This document shows, one piece after another, positions 28,218 to 38,579 of a stretch of DNA of 52,398 nucleotides. Under the pieces are notes generated by a model. The model worked only from the letters and a program-made list of their open reading frames with translations. It was not told the DNA's origin and did not search any database. The position numbers and the translations under genes were made by a program. The stretch's first letter is position 1. The number at the start of each line of letters is the position of its first letter. The stretch lies in contig JAHLWP010000032.1 in NCBI GenBank assembly GCA_019057865.1, positions 1 through 52,398 of the forward strand. Reading direction: 5' to 3'. This stretch comes from Promethearchaeota archaeon (GTDB lineage Archaea > Asgardarchaeota > Lokiarchaeia > Sigyniarchaeales > SOKP01).

Positions 28218-29954
28218 ATGAATGAGGAAGAATTAAATTTATATTCTCTTTCGAAACTCACAATTAAAGAAATACTAATAGAAGAACAGCTTGAATATTT
28301 AGGAGAATTTCGCTTTCGCTCCTTTAAATTATATCTAACAAATCAAAAAGCTCTTAAAAGAAAATTAATTACAAGTAAAATTCTTGGAGCTTTTATATTT
28401 GGAATTTTACCAATTATACCTTTTCTCTCTTATTTTCAGATTCTAGAACATATTACTAGTGATCCTGCTTCAATACGAATAATTTTATTTGGGGGAAGTT
28501 TAATTTTTGGGGTATATTTTATACTCCAATTTTTTAATTTCTTTCTTATGACAGTTCTAAATATTACTAGAATAATGTCTGGAAGAATATTTGATTGGTA
28601 TAGAACATTACCGATATCAAGAGAAAAGCTAAAAAAATTGATTATATTAACAATTATACGCAGTTCAGATATTCCTCTCATCGTAATAACTTTTGCACTT
28701 CCCGTATTAATGTTCATAGGGACTCAAAATCTAATAATTGCTCTTGTGACCTTTGGTGTTTCAATTTTGAATACTATTTTTTCTTTTTGTGTAGTTGTTT
28801 TATTTGGTGAAAGACTAAATCGAATTTTAGATATTAATGAAAGTGGTTCGAAAAAAACAAATAAAATTCGATTAATAAACATGATTAGCTATATAATTAT
28901 TGTAATTGGAAGTATTTTTTTGATTCAATGGTCCTTTACTGCATTAGAGGGTTTCTTTGATTGGTTTGTAAGTATAAACTATAATTCAATCGTTATTCTT
29001 ATTCTAAGTATGATTCCTTTTCCGTTATCTTCAGGATATTTAATTTCATCATTTATTGCCCCCACCTATGTTCCTTTATATATATGGTACAATATATTGG
29101 TTGGGTCTGGGCTTTTTATAATTTTAATTTTCTTTGTTTATAATAAAGCTATAAAGGAAATTAAAAAGAGGGCTTCTTTAAAATTTAAAACAAGCTTCAA
29201 AAGTAATGTTTTTGATAAAGAATTAAAAATTAAATTTGACACTCCCGTTATAGCGTATATTCGAAAGGATCTGTTAATGACTTTTCGTGATCTTAAAACA
29301 TTTTTATCAGTGATAATGCCAATCGTACTCAGTTTTATTTTTATATTTATATATAATCTTACAAAAATTAGAGGGCAAACTCCCTTTGATATAGATTTAA
29401 TTTATAATTGGGCGGTAACACTTGCTTTTCAAATCTTAATTTCTGGTATGCTTGTTTTTAGTTTGTTAGATATAGGAGATACTGAAAATTCGGTTCTATC
29501 ATCATTGCCCCTCGTTCCTAGAGACCAAGCAAAAGCAAAACTACTCTTAATATCATTGATTCAGAATATCGCAATATTAGGACCTATTATAATGTATATA
29601 AATACTCCAAAATTTTTAGATGGAGTAATAACTGTACTGATTGTATTACCATTTGCCTTGATATTTATTTTTTTAATATTTGATATGCGCATTTATTTTT
29701 TTGGGAAATTGAAACATCATTATGTAATAGAAGAAGTTTTCCCAGAAAACAAAACAATCAAGCGAGTACTTATTTTCGGTGCAGGATATAGCTTATATTT
29801 CTTTATCTTAATTTTTGCGTTCTATATTTATTTAACTCAAGGAGTTATGGTTATGCTTATATCTTTATTTATGGTTGCTATGGTTTTTTTTATCATAGTA
29901 ATTTTGATCTTTTACAAAATGTTTCCTTTAATTACAAAAAGGAAAAAACCTTGA
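28218..29954 (+). CDS. ABC-2-like multi-pass permease (two-repeat)
   Basis: ~12 TM; WYRTLPIS and LSSLPL motifs; YIRKDL; upstream of an ABC ATPase. Confidence 0.75.
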   Translation: MNEEELNLYSLSKLTIKEILIEEQLEYLGEFRFRSFKLYLTNQKALKRKLITSKILGAFIFGILPIIPFLSYFQILEHITSDPASIRIILFGGSLIFGVYFILQFFNFFLMTVLNITRIMSGRIFDWYRTLPISREKLKKLIILTIIRSSDIPLIVITFALPVLMFIGTQNLIIALVTFGVSILNTIFSFCVVVLFGERLNRILDINESGSKKTNKIRLINMISYIIIVIGSIFLIQWSFTALEGFFDWFVSINYNSIVILILSMIPFPLSSGYLISSFIAPTYVPLYIWYNILVGSGLFIILIFFVYNKAIKEIKKRASLKFKTSFKSNVFDKELKIKFDTPVIAYIRKDLLMTFRDLKTFLSVIMPIVLSFIFIFIYNLTKIRGQTPFDIDLIYNWAVTLAFQILISGMLVFSLLDIGDTENSVLSSLPLVPRDQAKAKLLLISLIQNIAILGPIIMYINTPKFLDGVITVLIVLPFALIFIFLIFDMRIYFFGKLKHHYVIEEVFPENKTIKRVLIFGAGYSLYFFILIFAFYIYLTQGVMVMLISLFMVAMVFFIIVILIFYKMFPLITKRKKP

Positions 29955-30712
29955 TTAAACATTTAAGCAAAGGATACCAAGCAGGGGACACAAAACAATC
30001 TTGGGCTTCAATATTTATATTAATGATTCTTCATTTTGGACTAAATTTTTTTATATGGTTTACACCTTATCCTATATTTCTACATTCTCTTTATGAGAAT
30101 CAAATTGTAAATGAAATATACAAATTTCTCAACATCTTAAATATTAATTTTATTTATGTTCTGTTATTGATCATCATTGTTAAAAGTGTTATAGAGAATC
30201 CAAAAAGAAAAAAAATAATTGGGCAAGATTTGGATAACATAGGATTTAAGTCGAAAAAAATTTTATCAAAAAAAATCATCTGGAGTGTTTTTTCTGCATA
30301 TATTATTTTTTCTTTTAATTTTTTATTATTTCTGTTATTAATCTTACAATCATCTCCTATACCTTTAAGATTTACAGGATTGTCTGCAATATTGGATTTT
30401 ATTTATTTCTACTGGCAAGAAGTAGCTTTTGGAGGTATAATATTAACAATTCTTTTAAGAAATTTTAAAGTTAAAGATACAATTATTCCATATGCTTTAA
30501 TAATTTCACTGTACCAACTTATTTCTTTACTTATTTATAATATAAATTATATACTCTCAGAATATTATCTCTCTCTCTGACTTTATTTTTACTTACTATT
30601 CTTAATGCTAATATTTACTTATTTATTTATTAAAACAAATAATGTCATATTAGGATTTATTGCAGCTCTAATAGTAAATATTATATTGATATCTCTACTT
30701 TTATTAAGTTAA
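29951..30712 (+). pseudogene. Degenerate CPBP (Abi/CAAX protease-like) membrane protein with in-frame TGA at 30578-30580
   Basis: WQEVAFGGII resembles EExxFRG. After the TGA the same frame continues 43 codons (YLFIKTNNVILGFIAALIVN, CPBP C-terminal pattern) to TAA 30712. Confidence 0.6.
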
Positions 30713-30841
30713 TTAGAAATACCAATTTTTCCTATAATATTATAAGAAAAGAAAATATTCGTAAGTTTTAGATGATTACCTCAATTAAAAAAAAATTATC
30801 GTTACACGTATAATAGGCTATAATTTCTTGTCAAAAATAAA

Positions 30842-33541
30842 ATGAGAAAAATTACAATCATAAAATCAATTATAATAACCTTAGGAGTTATTTTCGCTAT
30901 ATCAACTATAATTAACATTAATCTCAATTTTGATGCAGAAATTAACAATAAAAGTTCGGAATATAGCGATGATATTAATATTGATGACGAAAATCTAAAA
31001 ATCTCAAAAGTATCAGAAAAAATTCACATAATTGGTAATTCTGGATGGGTTGATTTCAAAAATGCGGGAAATTGTACTGGTTCAGGAACTTATTCCGATC
31101 CTTATGTCATAGAGGATTTGGTAATTGATGGTAAAGGTTTGGGAAGTTGCATCTGGATTGAAAATTCCAGCGTATATTTTAAGATTGAAAATTGTACTCT
31201 CTACAATTCAGGAGTAGATTGGATTGATGCGGGTATTAAACTACAATTAGTTAGTAATGGAGTATTATTCAATAATACCGTAAATAATAACGATGAAATT
31301 GGGATATATTTAAGCGATAGTAATAATAACACCATATCGGGAAACACCGCAAATAACAACGGCCTTTCTGGAATATATTTATTTAACAATCATAGTAATA
31401 ACATTACGGGAAACACTGCAAATAATAATGATTGGTGGGGGATATATGTAGCTGGAAGTAATAATAACATTTCGGGAAACACTGCAAGCTACAATGGCAA
31501 TTATGGGATAATTATACAAGGAAGTGATAATAACATTTCCGGAAATATCGCAAATTATAATTATGGGGATGGGATTTTCTTAGAAGGTAGTAATAACACC
31601 GTTTCGGGAAATGCCCTAAACAATAACAATTGGTATGGAATTTATTTATATTATAGTGATTATAACATGATTTCGGGTAATATTATGAATGATTGTGCGT
31701 TAAAAATATCTGGTGGGTTTGAAGAACTATGTTCCCATGAAATAGATACTACAAATCTAGTGAATGGTAAACCTTTATATTATTACACCAATGAACTAAA
31801 TTTAGGAACCAATAATTTTACGAATGCTGGGCAAGTTATATTGATAAATTGTAGTGATTCGTTAATATCAAACTTAAACGTTTCTTATAGTGGAGGAATA
31901 TCATTACACTATTGTAAAAAAAACACTCTCTCAAATAACACCGTAAATAACAACAATGGAGATGGGATATTTTTAAGTGGTAGCGATAATAATACCGTTT
32001 CAGGAAACAATGCTAATAATAATGAGTATTCTGGGATAACTTTAGGTGTTAGCAATAACAACATCCTCTCAGGAAACAACGTAAGTTACAACGGCGACAA
32101 TGGGATAATTTTAGGTTCTAGTTATAATAATACCGTTTCAGGAAACAATGCACATAATAATGAATATTCTGGGATAACTTTAGATTCTAGTTATAATAAT
32201 ATCGTTTTAGGAAACAATGCAAATAATAATGAATATTCTGGGATAACTTTAGGTTTTAGCAATAACAACATCCTTTCGGAAAACACCGCAAATAACAACG
32301 GCTTTTGTGGAATAGCTTTTTTTCATTGTGATTACAACATTATTTCGGAAACCACTGTAAAAAGCAACACTTATGGAATAGGTTTATATGATTGTGATTA
32401 TAACCTTATTTCTGGTAATATAATTAATGATAATTCAATTGGCATTATATTAATTGATTCCAATTACAATTATGTGGTAAAAAACTCTTTCAGAGACAAT
32501 TCGATGGATATTGTAGAAGAAAATTGTGAGGGTAATTATTTTGGATATAATATTAATCCTTTTGAAATTGTAATGTTAATGATATTGATTCCCATTATTA
32601 TAACAACAATCACGACTGGAATTCTAATACTTACAAAAAGATATGTTAAACATCAATCGGAAAGAGAGAGAAAAGATAGAACAGAGAGAAGAGAAACAAT
32701 AGAAGCGATAGAAGAGATTAAAGCAAAAGATTTAGTAAACGGAAAAATGTCCGATAATAAAGTTATAGTCGTTAAAGGCTTAAAAAAATACTTTGGAAAG
32801 GTTAAAGCTGTAAATGGCATCTCATTTGATGTTCGTCAAGGAGAAGTTTTTTGTCTTTTAGGACCGAATGGTGCGGGAAAAACAACTACCATAAAATTAC
32901 TCCTTGGTTTCCTTGTGCCAAACGGAGGTGAAATGAGCGTTCTTGGATTAAATCCTGAACTTGACGATGTTCAAATTAAACAACGCGTAGGATATGTTTC
33001 AGAAGAACCCTTAAAATTCAAGGCACTAACACCCAAAGATTTATTTAATTTTATAGCATCAATTAGGGGATTAGATAAAAATACGACCGTTAAACTGATA
33101 AAAGAATATTTGGAGAGTTTCGAAATAAATGAATTCTATGATCAACTTATTGCTTCTTTATCGCATGGTAATAAACAAAAATTACAAATAATCATTTCCA
33201 TATTACATCAGCCAGATTTACTTATTTTGGATGAGCCAATTGCCGGACTTGATCCTAAATCTGTAAAGATTGTAAAATCAATATTGAAGCTTCATACTCA
33301 AAAAGGCGGCTCCGTCTTACTCTCTACGCATATAATGGAAATAGCTGAAGAATTATGTGATCGAATTGGGATCCTACATAAAGGTGAAATGGTTGGAATT
33401 GGAACAATGGAAGAACTCTGCCAACAAGCTGACAAAATTGGTGCGAATTTAGAGAATGTATTTTTGCGTCTTACTGAACAAGATACCTCTGTAAATGAGA
33501 TTTTGAAAAAATTGCGAGAATTTTTCAAAAAGAAAAGTTAA
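30842..33541 (+). CDS. NosD/CASH parallel beta-helix ectodomain - TM - ABC ATPase fusion
   Basis: Signal/TM, GSGTYSDPYVIE, many NNxxSGNxxxxN-GIxL repeats, TM (IVMLMILIPIIITTITTGILIL), GPNGAGKT, LSHGNKQK, ILDEP, STH. Confidence 0.88.
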   Translation: MRKITIIKSIIITLGVIFAISTIININLNFDAEINNKSSEYSDDINIDDENLKISKVSEKIHIIGNSGWVDFKNAGNCTGSGTYSDPYVIEDLVIDGKGLGSCIWIENSSVYFKIENCTLYNSGVDWIDAGIKLQLVSNGVLFNNTVNNNDEIGIYLSDSNNNTISGNTANNNGLSGIYLFNNHSNNITGNTANNNDWWGIYVAGSNNNISGNTASYNGNYGIIIQGSDNNISGNIANYNYGDGIFLEGSNNTVSGNALNNNNWYGIYLYYSDYNMISGNIMNDCALKISGGFEELCSHEIDTTNLVNGKPLYYYTNELNLGTNNFTNAGQVILINCSDSLISNLNVSYSGGISLHYCKKNTLSNNTVNNNNGDGIFLSGSDNNTVSGNNANNNEYSGITLGVSNNNILSGNNVSYNGDNGIILGSSYNNTVSGNNAHNNEYSGITLDSSYNNIVLGNNANNNEYSGITLGFSNNNILSENTANNNGFCGIAFFHCDYNIISETTVKSNTYGIGLYDCDYNLISGNIINDNSIGIILIDSNYNYVVKNSFRDNSMDIVEENCEGNYFGYNINPFEIVMLMILIPIIITTITTGILILTKRYVKHQSERERKDRTERRETIEAIEEIKAKDLVNGKMSDNKVIVVKGLKKYFGKVKAVNGISFDVRQGEVFCLLGPNGAGKTTTIKLLLGFLVPNGGEMSVLGLNPELDDVQIKQRVGYVSEEPLKFKALTPKDLFNFIASIRGLDKNTTVKLIKEYLESFEINEFYDQLIASLSHGNKQKLQIIISILHQPDLLILDEPIAGLDPKSVKIVKSILKLHTQKGGSVLLSTHIMEIAEELCDRIGILHKGEMVGIGTMEELCQQADKIGANLENVFLRLTEQDTSVNEILKKLREFFKKKS
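31913..32330 (+). repeat. 69-bp (23-aa) beta-helix coding repeats; boundaries approximate
   Basis: ttctagttataataa at 32116 and 32185; tattctgggataactttag occurs three times. Confidence 0.75.
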
Positions 33542-33723
33542 TAAGTAATAAAAAAGCAAAAAAGCTTTTTCTTCTATGTTATATATAGTATGTTTTTGTC
33601 AGTAATATACTAATTTTCATCTTATTCTAAGGTTAATAACCTTCTATGATTTGTTTTTCCAGGATATTAACAATATCCTTTCAAATATAAAATTATCAAT
33701 TAAACTTAGCTCGATTTACCTTA

Positions 33724-33866
33724 ATGAATCAAGGATGAAAAAAGATATTAAAGATCTTTACAATATAATTAGAGAACAATCTTTAAAAGTGGTACAAATT
33801 TAGCTTCTAATATCCGAAAATTATTTAAACTTGATGAATCCAAGATAAAATTAATGAATCTAAGAT
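33724..33866. promoter_or_regulatory. Three ATGAATCnAnGAT direct repeats upstream of the 33910 gene
   Basis: Copies at 33724, 33834, 33854; TATA-like TTTAAATA near 33880. Confidence 0.35.
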
Positions 33867-33909
33867 TAAAAAGGAATTTTTTAAATATATTTAAGATATA
33901 TTATTATTT

Positions 33910-34473
33910 GTGGTTGTAATTAAGAATTTTGAGTGGATATTACCACTTAGTTGCGGATTCATGGCACTCTTAGCAATATTTGCTCCTGCAGCTTATTACG
34001 TTGGGCAGAATGGACGCTTAATTTTATGGATGTGGGGTTGGTATGATAGAGTAGGAATATGGGATTTCGGTATGGAAAGCCGATTTATTCCTGATGTATT
34101 AATCCTCAACGTAGGAATTTTTTGTATATCATTAATAGTAATTAGTGCATCCGTATTCATAATTAGTAGCATTTTAACAGCTTTTAGGAAAAGTGATAGA
34201 GCTTTCAACAAAGCAGTTATAATATGGTTTTTTAGTGGAATTTTGCTTATTATAGCACCAATTTTTTGGATGGTGATGTATCAAATTTTTCCACCATTTC
34301 CCGCTATCGGTGGTGGGCCCAATCTTAGTTTTTGGAACGAATATAGTCCTGGATATGCAGTCATTGTCCCAATTGTCGTTGGAGCATTATCGTGCGGAGG
34401 GATAATCCTATTTAAGATAAAAAAGATATTCTTCACCGGAAAAGCTAAATATATAAAAGCTAAAGTCCAATAG
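33910..34473 (+). CDS. 4-TM membrane protein
   Basis: Four hydrophobic segments; WMWG; GYAVIVPIVVGAL. Confidence 0.75.
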   Translation: MVVIKNFEWILPLSCGFMALLAIFAPAAYYVGQNGRLILWMWGWYDRVGIWDFGMESRFIPDVLILNVGIFCISLIVISASVFIISSILTAFRKSDRAFNKAVIIWFFSGILLIIAPIFWMVMYQIFPPFPAIGGGPNLSFWNEYSPGYAVIVPIVVGALSCGGIILFKIKKIFFTGKAKYIKAKVQ

Positions 34474-34580
34474 ATCCTTTTCTTTGTTGTTTTTAAAAAT
34501 GTTCTTCTTCAATTATTACATCTTAGACCTTGTTGCCCTTAAAAGATAAAATCCAAAAAAGGCAATTACTTTAGATGTAC

Positions 34581-34703
34581 CTAAGAATCAAACTCTTCTA
34601 AGGTTTTAGCCCAAGTTATTTTAGCTAATTCAATTATTTTCTCTTGTTTTGCTACTAATTCTTTTTTAATAAGTTTTGATTTACTACGTTTAGATTGTGG
34701 CAT
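34581..34703 (-). pseudogene. N-terminal remnant of a second VWA-family paralog
   Basis: MPQSKRSKSKLIKKELVAKQEKIIELAKITWAKTLEEFDS* aligns with KEKRIIKLAKIAFNKALAEY of the 24158-25852 protein; begins 17 nt after the MoxR stop. Confidence 0.6.
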
Positions 34704-34720
34704 ATTTCTTACTTGTATCT

Positions 34721-36448
34721 TTATTCTTGCTTTTGTATGTAATCTAAATTGTCTAGAATGGATCTTAATTTTAAAGCTTCTGATCCTCCAGAAATTTGAA
34801 TATTTACAAGTGAATCATCATTAGTTCCAGTAACATTAATTTCAATTAATAAATCTTCTGTTCGTATCTGCTTTGTTTGTCTTTGGTTAAATGCTTCTCT
34901 TATTGGTTGATCTAAATTCGAAAATTCAGCTGCAATGTCTGCCCATATTTCTTTCCAGTAAGAGTATTTAATAATATAATCTGTAACTGTCTGTTTATAT
35001 AGTTCTCTATTACACCATTCAATTAAATCACCTCTATTCGGAAAATCAATATTTTCCATAAGATTATTTCGGATTTCCGCAAGTTTATTAATATCTCCTT
35101 TTTTAGTAGCATCATTTATTTGTTGAGCAAGAGGAGGATATGTTTTATTATTGACTGAATTAACAAATGGAATTAAATCATATTTAACTATCAAATCATT
35201 TTTCTCAAATTTTTTCAATTCAGTGAGATCATTTTCCTTAGGACTCCCTGCGCGAAATCTTTCATTAATTTGATAACAGATCTCACGCTTTTTAAATCGC
35301 TTTTGGATTAAATTTAATATATTTTTAGAGAATTCAAATTTGTTTCCATAATAAGGAGATTTATCCAATTCTCTTTTAACATAATCTACTCTATGTGAAA
35401 TAACATACGGAGCAATAGTATTAACAATATTGATATCAACTATAGATAAATTTAGTAACCATGCGACTGCTTTTGAATATCGAAGGAGATCTTTAGCTAC
35501 TCTGACGCTTAAAATCGAATCTATCTGATTACAAATATTCTGAGCAGTGTTAAAATGACATCCTGAACATAACCCTGTGCTAGGTTTAAGATCTTCGGTA
35601 TTACCCTTATCAACTCTAGCACATAATGTAAATTCTCTAATTATGGCATGTATATAATTATTAACGTCAGGCGAGAAGGGTAATCTATTGACATAATACC
35701 AAATTTCCATAAGATCGTCAATTGTTAAAATTTTAGGTACTTGAGTGAGTTCATCCCATCCGCTATATTTCTCATCTTTACCTGACAAAATTAATTGCAG
35801 ATCATGACTCGCAGGCATAGAAATAGGAACCGATATGCCAAATCTATCTAAAAAAGGTTTTGATAATTCAAATGTTCCCACATCATGTGGATTTATCGTA
35901 GAAAATAAACAAAATTTATTAATTGTTGTAATAGAATCATAATATTTAACGGTGCCTTCAGCAAGCAGAGAAAGTAATATATCTTGTGCATATGGTGTAA
36001 GGCGGTTTACTTCATCAATAATTTTCCAGAAGTTTGTGACAAATTGTCGCCATACAACCTCTTCCTCCCCTTCTTTCATTAACTTCCCAAGTTTTAATGT
36101 GCCTATAAGTTTCTCTTCAGTTAATTGAGGATGACCTCTTATCATTGAGTTCTCGATTTCATTAAGAGAATAGGAAGTAAACATTCTTCCTAATAATTTT
36201 ACTAGGGTTGTTTTACCTCCACCATGACCACCAATTAATATCATAGCAGAATTGGGGACTAACGCATTTAAGACACATAGAGATAATATTTCCGGTAAAA
36301 CCTGGGTTTTTACCTTTTTGCTCTTCTCATCGATATGCTTAATTGTTAAAACTTTATAATGTACGAATAATTGATTTGCTTGAATGAGATTGATGATTTT
36401 CCAGACTTTTTTCCTTAGTTGGTTTTCTTCTCCTAATTTTGTCGACAT
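34721..36448 (-). CDS. MoxR-family AAA+ ATPase
   Basis: GGHGGGKT, IIDEVNR, STINP, FLDRFG, LSVR. Confidence 0.88.
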   Translation of the reverse strand: MSTKLGEENQLRKKVWKIINLIQANQLFVHYKVLTIKHIDEKSKKVKTQVLPEILSLCVLNALVPNSAMILIGGHGGGKTTLVKLLGRMFTSYSLNEIENSMIRGHPQLTEEKLIGTLKLGKLMKEGEEEVVWRQFVTNFWKIIDEVNRLTPYAQDILLSLLAEGTVKYYDSITTINKFCLFSTINPHDVGTFELSKPFLDRFGISVPISMPASHDLQLILSGKDEKYSGWDELTQVPKILTIDDLMEIWYYVNRLPFSPDVNNYIHAIIREFTLCARVDKGNTEDLKPSTGLCSGCHFNTAQNICNQIDSILSVRVAKDLLRYSKAVAWLLNLSIVDINIVNTIAPYVISHRVDYVKRELDKSPYYGNKFEFSKNILNLIQKRFKKREICYQINERFRAGSPKENDLTELKKFEKNDLIVKYDLIPFVNSVNNKTYPPLAQQINDATKKGDINKLAEIRNNLMENIDFPNRGDLIEWCNRELYKQTVTDYIIKYSYWKEIWADIAAEFSNLDQPIREAFNQRQTKQIRTEDLLIEINVTGTNDDSLVNIQISGGSEALKLRSILDNLDYIQKQE

Positions 36449-36580
36449 AAAGATGAATTTCCTAAGATTTTCAATATTAAATAAAAATCAGATTAATTAT
36501 TTAATTTTATTCATTCATAATTTATTGTACTATTAACTTAGAGCGAATAAATTAACGACAAGAAAATCAAGGATGATTAT

Positions 36581-36934
36581 TTAAAAATAGCCAATATGCC
36601 CTAAATTTTTTCCATTTTCATCTAATGCATAAACTAAACCCATTGATAATACCTCTTTATCTTTAGCTTTGGTTGACTTTACTACTTTTTTAATAGTCTC
36701 AAATTTTAGAATAAAAATACCATTACATTTCTTACATTTGATATAAATTTTTTTAGTATGCTTTATTTCATTTTCAGATTCTTCTTTTTTAAAGGGTTCT
36801 AATAAATTTACGTCTTGATTATCACAGTCTTTAAGAAAGCATTGATCTAAAGAGATTTTTTCCATTCCTCGTCTTGCTAGTGCGATAAATGCATAACTTG
36901 GAATTTCAAATCTTAAATCTTCTTCATCTACCAT
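36581..36934 (-). CDS. Hypothetical zinc-binding protein
   Basis: CFLKDC and CKKC pairs. Confidence 0.7.
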   Translation of the reverse strand: MVDEEDLRFEIPSYAFIALARRGMEKISLDQCFLKDCDNQDVNLLEPFKKEESENEIKHTKKIYIKCKKCNGIFILKFETIKKVVKSTKAKDKEVLSMGLVYALDENGKNLGHIGYF

Positions 36935-37048
36935 ATTTAAAATAAAAAATAAATATCACTTAATTCTTATTATTATTTTTTAAAGAATTTCAAATGGTTT
37001 GTAGTTAATCTTAATTATTATCTATACCTATATCTTTGTGAACTGCAA

Positions 37049-37354
37049 ATGAAAAAGAAGGAAGAATTCTCTAAAGAAACTATTGATCATATATCAAAAT
37101 TAGCTTTACTAGACTTATCTGAAGAAGAAAAGGAAAAATTATCGGAAGAATTAGGTGGTATTATAAACTATTTTAAAAAATTGGATGATTTAGATACAAG
37201 TAATATTGAACCTACTACGCACCCTATAGATGGATTAAAAAATGTTTTTAGGGATGATATTCCTCGGAAATGTCTTACAAATGAAGAAGCAACTAAAAAT
37301 GCTCAACATAAAAAAGAGGGATATTTCAAAGCGCCAAGAATCTTAAAGGAATAA
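37049..37354 (+). CDS. gatC: Asp-tRNA(Asn)/Glu-tRNA(Gln) amidotransferase subunit C
   Basis: HISKLALL, LDTSNIEPT, NVFRDD, GYFKAPRI. Confidence 0.93.
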   Translation: MKKKEEFSKETIDHISKLALLDLSEEEKEKLSEELGGIINYFKKLDDLDTSNIEPTTHPIDGLKNVFRDDIPRKCLTNEEATKNAQHKKEGYFKAPRILKE

Positions 37355-37361
37355 TTAAATT

Positions 37362-38372
37362 CTATTTTTTATATAATTCTGTTAATTTCTTTATAGCTGA
37401 TGCCATATCCTTTAAAGCTTTCTTTCTTTCATCAGGGGACATATTATTGAAATCTTCATTCATATCAGTACCTATTTGCTCGGTTGACGCCACCAGTTTA
37501 AACTTTTTGTAAACTAAAGAAGTAATATATCTTTCATAATAATCTATAGCCTTTTTTAGTTTTATATTATCTTTAATATCATCCCATAGCTCTAATGTTT
37601 CTAAAGATTTAATTCCAAGATCAATTCTAAACCAACTAATTGGAAACAATAATTTTCTTTGTATTCCTAATTCAATTATAGATAAATTATCATCATCTGT
37701 ATAAAGTTCCGGAGTTTTTTTTTCTTGAAAAATAATGTTATCACTTAAAATGTATAAATTAGCAGCACCTTGAGAAGTACAAACTACTCCAGTAGCAAAA
37801 CCCTTGGCTAATCTCAATCTATCAGCAAAATCCTCTAATCTAAAACCATATAAGTGTAGATTTTTCTTTTTACCACCTTGAAACTCTATTTTAATCCTTT
37901 TACTCCCTTTTGCATCAGATAATATAGAGGGAAATAAATTCGCATCTCTTGTTTCTTTATGAGCTTTTAGTAATTTATTTATAATCTCATAATCTAACGT
38001 GAGTCCGGGTATCATAGTATTTTGATTGAGGAATGCATCTACTTCAAAATCAGCAATCCCATAAAAGAGTTTTTCATTGTTAATGATATTATATATGCTG
38101 CCAATAATAGTTTTTACTAATGCTTGGGGATCTTCACGGACAGAATCAAACTCCTTAGTAGTAAATGTATCAATTTGATCTTCTAATCCCTCCTCATGAT
38201 AAAATTCACCCCAACTTAGTTCAGTAAAAATATTTCCCTCACTGTATAAGTTGTGAGTACTGTCAATACTAAGGATACTTTTTGATCCTCCAATTTCTAC
38301 TCCTATTTTTGAACCAAATGCGAGAAGAGCAGAGGGGGGATTATAAAATTCTATAGGCAAGGATAAACCCAA
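37362..38372 (-). CDS. Hypothetical protein
   Basis: 336-aa ORF, TTG start, globular composition. Confidence 0.75.
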   Translation of the reverse strand: MGLSLPIEFYNPPSALLAFGSKIGVEIGGSKSILSIDSTHNLYSEGNIFTELSWGEFYHEEGLEDQIDTFTTKEFDSVREDPQALVKTIIGSIYNIINNEKLFYGIADFEVDAFLNQNTMIPGLTLDYEIINKLLKAHKETRDANLFPSILSDAKGSKRIKIEFQGGKKKNLHLYGFRLEDFADRLRLAKGFATGVVCTSQGAANLYILSDNIIFQEKKTPELYTDDDNLSIIELGIQRKLLFPISWFRIDLGIKSLETLELWDDIKDNIKLKKAIDYYERYITSLVYKKFKLVASTEQIGTDMNEDFNNMSPDERKKALKDMASAIKKLTELYKK

Positions 38373-38579
38373 GCTTTATTATATTATAGTTTTTAGTTAT
38401 TCTTCTCTATTACCTAACTTTATTAAATGATTCTATTAAATATAGATAAAATTTATATATATAATTACTGGAAAAGATACAAATGCTAATGCTAATATTA
38501 AAAGATTTTATAATTGATGAGTCAGAATTTTCTTTCTATAATTCGAATATATACAATATTCTAATATATAAAATTGATT

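Noticed and set aside
30578-30580. TGA as selenocysteine
   Set aside because: It lies in a hydrophobic non-redox context of a degenerate membrane protein, and no SECIS-like hairpin was recognised downstream. A nonsense mutation is simpler.
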